20,000 nucleotides of DNA from an uncultured virus (IMG/VR IMGVR_UViG_3300037502_002629). Lineage: Duplodnaviria > Heunggongvirae > Uroviricota > Caudoviricetes. A program made the position numbers and the translations under genes. Location of the stretch: the IMG/VR virus record IMGVR_UViG_3300037502_002629, one strand, 5' to 3'. Position 1 is the stretch's first letter. Each line of letters opens with the position of its first letter. Shown here piece after piece: positions 9,176 through 15,629 of the stretch. The notes beneath the pieces were generated by a model. That model saw only the letters and a program-made list of their open reading frames with translations. It was not told the origin of the DNA and made no database searches.

Positions 9176-9402
9176 CCTAACAGTTGCCTCCATTTTTGCT
9201 GGATGTCATACGGATTCTTGACATACTCGTTGAGTTCATTCACAGCCTCTTCTACACTTTCAAATGGGATTTGCTTGCAGCCTACTTTAATGACACATCC
9301 TCGTGCCATAAATTCAATCTCAATCTTATACTCCTGAAGGAAGTATTGATTTGAAGGTCTTTGAATTGAAGGTTCGGTTGGTGTTAATGTGTTGTGGTTC
9401 AT
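9172..9402 (-). CDS. hypothetical protein
   Basis: ATGA-coupled on both sides. Confidence 0.7.
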   Translation of the reverse strand: MNHNTLTPTEPSIQRPSNQYFLQEYKIEIEFMARGCVIKVGCKQIPFESVEEAVNELNEYVKNPYDIQQKWRQLLG

Positions 9403-9647
9403 TGTTTAGGTTGTTTATAGTTTTCATTATAGTAATTCTCAGCATATACTTGGTCTGTCCAAGGTTCTGATAGGTAGTCTCGACCATTCCTAAAACTTTC
9501 TTTTGCTACCTTGACAATCATTTCTGCTTCCTTTTGTTTAGCAATGGCATATGTCATACAAGCTGTTTCATATAAATCTCCATCGTGTTCAAAATGACTT
9601 TTAATTTTATCAAAGTACCAATCTACTGCGGTTTGTTTATTTTCCAT
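9399..9647 (-). CDS. small phage protein, KQTAV..EW family paralog
   Basis: MENKQTAVDWY..AKQKEAEMI..AENYYNENY. Confidence 0.75.
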   Translation of the reverse strand: MENKQTAVDWYFDKIKSHFEHDGDLYETACMTYAIAKQKEAEMIVKVAKESFRNGRDYLSEPWTDQVYAENYYNENYKQPKQ

Positions 9648-9843
9648 ATGTTTCATTGTAGTATTGTTCTGCATTATTTAAAGTAATATCTTCTGGGAAT
9701 GAAGAACCTTCATCAAATCCTCTGTCAAGCGCTTTCATTATCTGCTCCTTCTCTATTGCGAGTGCTTGGTCAAAGTCTGATGCTTGAAGTTCTTTTGTCT
9801 GGCTTAGATTCCAAAGCCATTCGACTGCTGTCTGTTGTTTCAT
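9637..9843 (-). CDS. small phage protein, KQTAV..EW family paralog
   Basis: MKQQTAVEWL..ALAIEKEQI..AEQYYNETYGK. Confidence 0.75.
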   Translation of the reverse strand: MKQQTAVEWLWNLSQTKELQASDFDQALAIEKEQIMKALDRGFDEGSSFPEDITLNNAEQYYNETYGK

Positions 9844-9844
9844 A

Positions 9845-10234
9845 TTAATACTCTCTTTTAGGTATAAATTTTTCCATTCCAATGATGTACTCTTCAGCTA
9901 TCCAAGAAGTGGATGTGGTGTAATACTTTTCTCCCATCTTAAATGCTCTATGCGTTTCTTCTACATCATTGTAGTTTGTCTTTACCATGTACTGATTGTC
10001 GGGGTTGAACCTTGCATGAAATACTTGAGTGTCTTCTTTCTTAGCCAAGCTTTCTTCATACTGCCAATCCTTTTGTAGCCATTCAAAGAGGTGTATCCTT
10101 TCACCTTCTGTCATTTGACTCCAATATTTGTCTGTTAAGTTTTGCCAAAACATTGTCCGTGCAATTGGTCTTGGCGGTATACAAGCCTCTGCTAAGAAGG
10201 CTAATTCAAAGAAATCTATTGTGAATGTAGTCAT
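9845..10234 (-). CDS. hypothetical protein (129 aa)
   Basis: Likely start MTTFTIDFFEL at 10234; the longer ORF-track start overlaps the next gene. Confidence 0.7.
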   Translation of the reverse strand: MTTFTIDFFELAFLAEACIPPRPIARTMFWQNLTDKYWSQMTEGERIHLFEWLQKDWQYEESLAKKEDTQVFHARFNPDNQYMVKTNYNDVEETHRAFKMGEKYYTTSTSWIAEEYIIGMEKFIPKREY

Positions 10235-10283
10235 ACTATGGTTGTGTTTTGTTTCATCTATCCCATCCCCTCCTGCTGGATTG

Positions 10284-10319
10284 GCGAAATAATATATCGG
10301 TAATAATAAGTTAGCGGTA
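10284..10319 (+). repeat. right half of an attC-like site (R' GTTAGCG)
   Basis: GTTAGCGGTA (10310-10319) is the exact reverse complement of TACCGCTAAC (10744-10753) at the other end of the same cassette; left arm not seen. Confidence 0.6.
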
Positions 10320-10322
10320 ATA

Positions 10323-10697
10323 TTACTTACCGTACACAAACCAAATCGGCTTAACTGAACAAAACATTCCCCAATCTTGACTGCCAACACCACTTCTTTC
10401 AGTTGACAACTCAAATGCAACTTTTGTGCTTCCATCTGTATCGGGTTCATTTGCTGTTGGTTTTTTATTGGCTTGATACCATCCCCAAGCGAAATCAATA
10501 GTTTGTTGTAAATTGTATTCGTAAGGGAATTTTTCGCACTTGTCCGAATACCTTGAAAGAAATAATTCGTTTTCAATTATTTTATATCCGTTGCATCTAA
10601 ATTCCTTATTGAAAGGAACTTCATCCAATGCAATAAGTTTTAAGCCTAATTCAAAGGCTTCTTTTGTGGTGTTTCTAACTAATACTTCTACATTCAT
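10323..10697 (-). CDS. cassette 1 hypothetical protein (124 aa)
   Basis: ORF fills the interval between core sites at 10310 and 10753. Confidence 0.8.
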   Translation of the reverse strand: MNVEVLVRNTTKEAFELGLKLIALDEVPFNKEFRCNGYKIIENELFLSRYSDKCEKFPYEYNLQQTIDFAWGWYQANKKPTANEPDTDGSTKVAFELSTERSGVGSQDWGMFCSVKPIWFVYGK

Positions 10698-10746
10698 TTT
10701 ATTATCGTTTTTAATTGAAAATCACTCGTAAACTAAACCGTACTAC

Positions 10747-10877
10747 CGCTAACAAGGGTTTGTAGCAATAGGGGCAGAAGTGCTTTAATTAAGCTGTGTA
10801 CTTCTAATCAGCTTTAGTAGGTAATTGAACAGTAGTGCATCTAATCCCCTACTGCTACAAGCCCCGAAACGTTAGCT
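10747..10877 (+). repeat. attC-like recombination site A (131 bp)
   Basis: CGCTAAC-AAGGG-TTTGTAGCAATAGGGG..CCCCTACTGCTACAAG-CCCCGAAAC-GTTAGCT imperfect palindrome. Confidence 0.8.
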
Positions 10878-11498
10878 GCAACCGTAAGAAAGCACCTCGA
10901 TAGCCTTGTTCGCTTGTTCGATAGTTAATCCTTCCATTGAATCACAGCAGATAAAATATTTTGATTGTTCGTAAAGCATATCGGAATCATCATCTAAAAT
11001 CACATAGGTAAAATCAGTTCCCAGCTTATTTGAACGCATCATTTTAAAACTACCATCTTCATTTAAAATTTGGTATCGCTCATTTTGTTCAGGGTAAGCA
11101 TACCAAGGGTAAATTACGTGTGTATCTAACCATTGTTTAATTTCAACACCCCTCGGAATTGATAAATGAACACCTTTTTGTAAATATTGATAAGCTCTAA
11201 TTGTTATACCTATAATTTCATCACAAAATTTAAAGCCGTGTTCTTTCATGTGTTCAATAGTATCTTCAATAGTATGTTTTCTCCAACTGCTACTAAGAAC
11301 TATTTTTGCACCTGTTTTTTCTATTATCATTCCAAGTAATTCTTGTTTTTCGGGTGTTAAAGCCCACATTCCATGCTCAACTGTTTTTGGTGTAGCAATT
11401 ACCCCATCAATATCGAGAAAAATAAAACGGCAGCAGCTAACCGCACCTATACGCAAAATGGGGTTGTCGTTCTCGTTGGATAAATTTTCAGTATTCAT
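10872..11498 (-). CDS. HAD-superfamily phosphatase (HAD domain of Swiss-Army-knife RNA repair type), cassette 2
   Basis: IFLDIDGV, IVLSSSWR, RGVEIKQWL, YVILDDDSDM..GLT motifs; likely start MNTENL lies inside attC-B. Confidence 0.85.
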   Translation of the reverse strand: MNTENLSNENDNPILRIGAVSCCRFIFLDIDGVIATPKTVEHGMWALTPEKQELLGMIIEKTGAKIVLSSSWRKHTIEDTIEHMKEHGFKFCDEIIGITIRAYQYLQKGVHLSIPRGVEIKQWLDTHVIYPWYAYPEQNERYQILNEDGSFKMMRSNKLGTDFTYVILDDDSDMLYEQSKYFICCDSMEGLTIEQANKAIEVLSYGCS

Positions 11499-11567
11499 AA
11501 GTTTCGTTTTTGTTGTTAATTTTGTGGGTACAATCCCCATTCAGCGCATAGCTGCAACTCGTTAGTG
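11435..11567 (+). repeat. attC-like recombination site B (133 bp)
   Basis: AGCTAAC-CGCAC-CTATACGCAAAATGGGGTTGT..ACAATCCCCATTCAGCGCATAG-CTGCAACTC-GTTAGTG. Confidence 0.78.
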
Positions 11568-11574
11568 GCAAGTG

Positions 11575-11892
11575 CTACTGACCGTTCCATAACAAACGAT
11601 GTTCGTCTAACTTGTCATAATATTGTTTCATATTTTCATCGCCTACAATTTGTTTTAATTCCTGCTTCCAAAAGTCTTTTTCTAAATTGTGAAGTTCATT
11701 AGCTCTTATAAGCCTTGCAGTTTCGTTAGGGTTCTCAAGTTTATTATAGTTCAGTGTTGCAAGCCTTAATCTGAATCCACTTATAATTGCTCTTACTTTA
11801 GGAATTAAAACATCTTTCCTAAAATATGGCTCATCGTTTATAGCTTGTACTAATATTTCTGATAATTCTTTTGTACTCGTTTCTTTTGACAT
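11575..11892 (-). CDS. cassette 3 hypothetical protein (105 aa)
   Basis: ORF fills the interval between attC-B and attC-C. Confidence 0.8.
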   Translation of the reverse strand: MSKETSTKELSEILVQAINDEPYFRKDVLIPKVRAIISGFRLRLATLNYNKLENPNETARLIRANELHNLEKDFWKQELKQIVGDENMKQYYDKLDEHRLLWNGQ

Positions 11893-11916
11893 TTTCGTTT
11901 AATTTACCGCACCAGC

Positions 11917-12019
11917 CGCTAACAGCGGTTTGGTGCTATTATTTTGCCTATAAATTTTATCTAAGGCTTGAAGTATCTGCAAGGCAAAATAACAGACACC
12001 AAGCCACCAAACGTTATGT
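11917..12019 (+). repeat. attC-like recombination site C (103 bp)
   Basis: CGCTAAC-AGCGG-TTTGGTGCTATTATTTTGCCT..AGGCAAAATAACAGACACCAAG-CCACCAAAC-GTTATGT. Confidence 0.8.
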
Positions 12020-12325
12020 GCAAGGCTGCGGGACGTTTTCAATATAAGTTTCCAGTTTTATAAACCTATACCCTTTTTGAAAGCTAAACATTGTATGTCC
12101 GCAAGTTTTATGATGCAATCCAAATAACATAGTATCAAATGTTTTATTTGTGAGTGAAGTTATAAATGTTTCAACTGAAAAAGGAAATGTTATTTTCTTT
12201 TTTGCTATACCTAAAACACTTCCGCAACATCCGCAATAAAACTTGCTGCCTTTTAGAATATCGTTACCATCTGATTTCTCAACAATGATTGTATCTCTCA
12301 TTTTATCAATTAGAACTTTTTCCAT
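12014..12325 (-). CDS. cassette 4 Cys/His-containing protein (103 aa)
   Basis: CGCCG..HHKTCGH; stop codon lies inside the GTTA core of attC-C. Confidence 0.78.
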   Translation of the reverse strand: MEKVLIDKMRDTIIVEKSDGNDILKGSKFYCGCCGSVLGIAKKKITFPFSVETFITSLTNKTFDTMLFGLHHKTCGHTMFSFQKGYRFIKLETYIENVPQPCT

Positions 12326-12354
12326 TGCGTTTACAAATTAAATTTAGTGCTGAA

Positions 12355-12380
12355 CACATCACCCCACCGTGAAGTAGACT
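12355..12380 (+). repeat. 26-bp exact direct repeat, copy 1
   Basis: CACATCACCCCACCGTGAAGTAGACT, also at 14672-14697. Confidence 0.95.
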
Positions 12381-12637
12381 CCATCTCGGCTTGTTTGCTT
12401 GGTTACGTTGCGATTCATAAACTTGAAGGTCTCGACAATCCACTGCATTATGGTCCGGTGCATCGTCTTCTGATGCTCTTGGAATGCTGTCCTGATCTGA
12501 TCGACAATATCAGTGAGCTTGTATTCGACTCCGATGATGATGAATTCCTTGATCCACAGCATGACTTCTTCCGGGACTGTGTTGATGAGCTTCTTGTAGC
12601 GGAGGGTGTTTGTTGTTTCATATTGGGAAGCGGAGAG
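12359..12637 (-). pseudogene. 5'-truncated gene fragment, GC-richer than flanks (tentatively a primase/helicase-like C-terminus)
   Basis: Frame LSASQYETTNTLRYKKLINTVPEEVMLWIKEF..GVYFTVG* is closed upstream by the TAA of the cassette-5 core (12638-12640); family guess is from memory only. Confidence 0.4.
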
Positions 12638-12647
12638 TTATAGGTAA

Positions 12648-12821
12648 TTAAAAAATTGACTTCAATCGTTTCCACCACGATTTCCATCTAAACCTAATTA
12701 TTGTATCACATATCATACATTTATCCATTGTGTAATGCTCCGTATTTGTGTAAACGATATGACGGAAATCATTGCAGTCGTGCTTTACATAAGTTACTGC
12801 TTTATCTTGTTCTTTATTCAT
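12648..12821 (-). CDS. cassette 5 small Cys protein (57 aa)
   Basis: MNKEQDK..HDC..CMIC; bounded by GTTATAGGTA (12637-12646) and its reverse complement TACCTATAAC (12838-12847). Confidence 0.65.
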   Translation of the reverse strand: MNKEQDKAVTYVKHDCNDFRHIVYTNTEHYTMDKCMICDTIIRFRWKSWWKRLKSIF

Positions 12822-12840
12822 AATCAATTTTTTAACATAC

Positions 12841-12904
12841 CTATAACAAAGTGTATAAGTAATGTGGCTAAATAAGTTTATCTGTAAGTTGAAAGTATGT
12901 GCAA
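12841..12904 (+). repeat. left half of attC-like site D (truncated)
   Basis: CTATAAC-AAAGT-GTATAAGTAATGTGGC; no complementary right arm follows. Confidence 0.55.
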
Positions 12905-12952
12905 ATATTGCGGTTAAGTGTCTATCCATTTTATCGGAATAGAAACATTCAC

Positions 12953-13153
12953 CTACTTTACCGTATTTGTGGTTGCATTTTGAAGAAGTTCAAGCCTTGA
13001 TCGAATTAAATCTCGCATTTGCTTTGCTCCTTGAATCCTGTCGTTTCGTATTTTACGATACCTTCCATCAGTGTGGGAATAATGTTCAGTTGTGAATATC
13101 TCTTTTATTTCCTCATCAGTAGGAAACAAAAGTGCTAATTTTAATATATCCAT
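12953..13153 (-). CDS. hypothetical protein (66 aa)
   Basis: LFPTDEEIKE..IQGAKQMRD, a short phage-type ORF. Confidence 0.6.
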   Translation of the reverse strand: MDILKLALLFPTDEEIKEIFTTEHYSHTDGRYRKIRNDRIQGAKQMRDLIRSRLELLQNATTNTVK

Positions 13154-13240
13154 ATTCCTGTTTTATATAGATAATCGTATGTGAATGTCCATGTACAATG
13201 TGTCATATTGTTATTTGAGTTGCATGGTTAGTGGTTGGTG

Positions 13241-13621
13241 TTATTTATGGCTATCTGAATCGCAGTTATCACCTCCGCATATTCTGCATAATCCTTTTTC
13301 GGATGAAGATAATTCAGTCAATCTTTCTGCTTTTAATGCACGGTCACGCCAATCATTAATTTGATCTAATGCACTTGCCGCATCTTCAAACCTAAACCTT
13401 TTTTCTGTTGCAAGTTGTTGTTTCAGCCTTTTCATCTCCTCCTCCATCTCCAACAACGCCTTCCGCATCTCAGGGGCAAGGGGGAAGAGTTCGCAATCAT
13501 CTCCATTACTAACATCAGCAATGTGTATTTGTCCACTGTATATTGATCCGTATTGAGTATTATCCCACTCCCCCTCAGTCGGATTGAGTGCTTTGAGTTT
13601 TTCGATTAGGTCGGTGTTCAT
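13241..13621 (-). CDS. hypothetical protein with coiled coil and C-terminal CxxC motif
   Basis: Start MNTDLIEK at ATGA overlap with the extended ASCH stop; ends CRICGGDNCDSDSHK. Confidence 0.7.
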   Translation of the reverse strand: MNTDLIEKLKALNPTEGEWDNTQYGSIYSGQIHIADVSNGDDCELFPLAPEMRKALLEMEEEMKRLKQQLATEKRFRFEDAASALDQINDWRDRALKAERLTELSSSEKGLCRICGGDNCDSDSHK

Positions 13622-14043
13622 GATATGATTTTCCCGTGTTTTATAACAAAATATAGTTTGTTTGGCTCTGCTCCCCATTGAGGGTTTCCTGTTCTGATTT
13701 CAATTCCTTTATGCTCTATCCTTAAAATCCGTTACGTATCCTTTGACTTTGGATAGCCTAAAGTCATTACATTGTAATCGAATTGAGCAAATGGACTTCC
13801 AGCAAATTGCCTCCATTCAGCAAAATCGTATTTGCCTTTTACAAAATCTGACATTGCAGAAAAATATCCTCCATGTGGTGTATGGACTTTCTTTAGCAGT
13901 CTTTTAGCCCAATATTCATTTATCTCTCTGTAATCTTCGGTTTTTACGCCCGCTTTGGTCATTTCAAACCATTGTCTTTTAAGAGATAGTCGCAAGTTTG
14001 TAATGGTAGGTCTGTTCATTGTTTTTTCGATTAGGTATGTCAT
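13618..14043 (-). pseudogene. ASCH-domain protein interrupted by an in-frame TAA at 13732-13734
   Basis: LSLKRQWFEMTKAGVKTEDYREINEYW..MTLGYPKSKDT*RILRIEHKGIEIRTGNPQWGAEPNKLYFVIKHGKIIS*; the family-like C-terminus continues in the same frame. Confidence 0.8.
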
Positions 14044-14219
14044 GATTTTTGAAAGTCTTTACAAGTGTTTTTATGAGATACTGATTGTTTATGCTTCGTG
14101 CAATAGTGTTTAATCCAAACCTTCTGCCCCCAATCACCTGCGGTCTTGCTGGTTGCTATCTTGCAGAATTTGCACTTAGTGCAATTCTCTGTTTTCATGT
14201 CGTGGATTTGGTCGGTCAT
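14040..14219 (-). CDS. small Cys-rich protein
   Basis: CTKCKFC..YC..TC; ATGA overlap with the ASCH gene. Confidence 0.6.
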   Translation of the reverse strand: MTDQIHDMKTENCTKCKFCKIATSKTAGDWGQKVWIKHYCTKHKQSVSHKNTCKDFQKS

Positions 14220-14223
14220 GGGG

Positions 14224-14598
14224 TTAGGGGTTAGATATACTTGATCCGCCACAAGGAAATATTGTTTTCTTGCCTGCCCAGAAATCTATAATCTTTAAAA
14301 ATATTTCTGTCCTGCTGTTTCCATAGAAGACAAACTCTCGCATTCTTGCTTCGATAGCGTGTTTATGTTTTACCTGAAACCAATTACCATTAACATCCTC
14401 AAAACTCTCAACGTGTTCTATTGGCTCCTCTTTTGCATAGTGCCAACGTATTTTGTTTTTACCTGACAGCATTCTTGCTATTGCCTCAAGATGATATTCT
14501 GTTTTTTCTTTGATTGCTTCGTCAATCATTAATCTTGCTTCGTACTCTTTTTCATGCTCAGGCATAAAAGAGTTAATCATTCCTGTTAGACTTCTCAT
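14224..14598 (-). CDS. hypothetical protein (124 aa)
   Basis: ORF on the coding strand with an A-rich upstream region. Confidence 0.65.
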   Translation of the reverse strand: MRSLTGMINSFMPEHEKEYEARLMIDEAIKEKTEYHLEAIARMLSGKNKIRWHYAKEEPIEHVESFEDVNGNWFQVKHKHAIEARMREFVFYGNSRTEIFLKIIDFWAGKKTIFPCGGSSISNP

Positions 14599-14671
14599 AT
14601 TTCCTTTTTTCTCTCACACCGTCATCGCCCGGTGTTGTGGCGGTTGTATTATCGGGAAGCGGGGCGTTACG

Positions 14672-14697
14672 CACATCACCCCACCGTGAAGTAGACT
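14672..14697 (+). repeat. 26-bp exact direct repeat, copy 2
   Basis: Identical to 12355-12380. Confidence 0.95.
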
Positions 14698-14710
14698 GCT
14701 GTTTGTTGTG

Positions 14711-14798
14711 TAGTCAGTGTGGGATTTGAACCCACATCTCCCATCTGCGATGGGGCGTTACCCTAGACAGTATTCATTCCTGTTTACGCCAACCGACT
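14711..14798 (-). ncRNA. tRNA-like element (atypical D and anticodon arms)
   Basis: Acceptor AGTCGGT/ACTGACT+A; T arm GTGGG-TTCAAAT-CCCAC; D stem GCGT/ACGC with 27-nt loop; short arm CCCA-TCGCAGA-TGGG; no encoded CCA. Confidence 0.7.
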
Positions 14799-14802
14799 GC
14801 CT

Positions 14803-14991
14803 TTATTCTCCTGAAAATCTTTCTGTGTGTGTATTTCTGATTTGCTTTGCTTTTTTAGCAATATCAGGTCTTGTAGGATCTGACAGCTGCGGGTTACACG
14901 CCCACATTGTACTTATTATGCAAATGATAACAGTTTTAATTACCTTTTCCATATTTCCAATGATAATGTACAACAACAGCCGATAAAACAC
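14803..14991 (-). CDS. small possible lipoprotein
   Basis: From the internal Met: MEKVIKTVIICIISTMWA-C, a lipobox-like signal. Confidence 0.4.
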   Translation of the reverse strand: MFYRLLLYIIIGNMEKVIKTVIICIISTMWACNPQLSDPTRPDIAKKAKQIRNTHTERFSGE

Positions 14992-15364
14992 CTGCTATAG
15001 CAGTAGCAACCCACCAGTTTCTACCTTTGCGAATAGATGCATATTGTTTATTGCAACTCACTAATAAATTAGTGTTTTCAATAGATAAGCTATCATTATA
15101 GTTTTGCAATCGTAACAGTTCTCCCCGCAGACTTGCAATATTTCTATCTTTTGCATCTAGAGATTCAGTTTGATTCTTAAGATCGGCGCGTAAAGTAATC
15201 ACTTCAGTTCTTACAATATCGCACCTTTCTAAATCCTCAAGCATAAACTGCATAAGATACTTAGGTGTGTAAATTAAGGAGTCTTTACTCTTGCTTATAT
15301 CGTTTTGTGAGTACGTCAATGAAGTATTCAGAACTACTATGAGAAACAGGAATAACTTTTTCAT
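14936..15364 (-). CDS. signal-peptide, coiled-coil protein with C-terminal TM helix
   Basis: MKKLFLFLIVVLNTSLTYS/Q; heptads; WWVATAIAGVLSAVVV. Confidence 0.7.
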   Translation of the reverse strand: MKKLFLFLIVVLNTSLTYSQNDISKSKDSLIYTPKYLMQFMLEDLERCDIVRTEVITLRADLKNQTESLDAKDRNIASLRGELLRLQNYNDSLSIENTNLLVSCNKQYASIRKGRNWWVATAIAGVLSAVVVHYHWKYGKGN

Positions 15365-15629
15365 TTTTCTTTATGATTTTAGTTATGATTATTGGTTTGT
15401 TTTTGATTGAGGCATTTTCAGATTGTAATAGTTTAACAGTATCGTTTAACTGATCTATTAAATTTTCCATTAGCGCAATTTCTTCATTCTGCTCGTCATA
15501 ATCAAGTTTTAACTTACTTAACTCATAATTCATGTTTTTTAACACATTTGCCGAGTCACGCTGCTGAGTGTAAGAATAAATCAATCCTGCTAATAATACC
15601 GCAATTATGCTGTACAATACTTTATTCAT
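15285..15629 (-). CDS. N-terminal TM plus coiled-coil protein (i-spanin-like topology)
   Basis: Hydrophobic residues 4-19, then coiled coil; 80-nt overlap with the downstream gene. Confidence 0.65.
   Translation of the reverse strand: MNKVLYSIIAVLLAGLIYSYTQQRDSANVLKNMNYELSKLKLDYDEQNEEIALMENLIDQLNDTVKLLQSENASIKNKPIIITKIIKKNEKVIPVSHSSSEYFIDVLTKRYKQE

Noticed and set aside
10235..10576. N-terminal extension of the 243-aa ORF 9845-10576
   Set aside because: Overlaps cassette 1 gene 10323-10697 and crosses a cassette boundary; the start at 10234 is more plausible.
10747..12019. Palindromes as terminators, MITEs or a CRISPR array
   Set aside because: They are over 100 bp, lack U tails, differ in sequence from each other, and are separated by whole genes with complementary ends. 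No regular repeat-spacer pattern or cas gene is present.
12448..12687. 79-aa Ser-rich ORF and the plus-strand ORF 12347-12643
   Set aside because: Alternate or antisense frames of the truncated fragment; they cross the cassette junction.
13732..13734. Stop-codon reassignment
   Set aside because: TAA, TAG and TGA all end well-tiled genes elsewhere in the window; this is a single case.
12355..14709. Diversity-generating retroelement template/variable repeats
   Set aside because: Repeats are only 14-26 bp, mismatches are not confined to adenines, and no reverse transcriptase is in the window.
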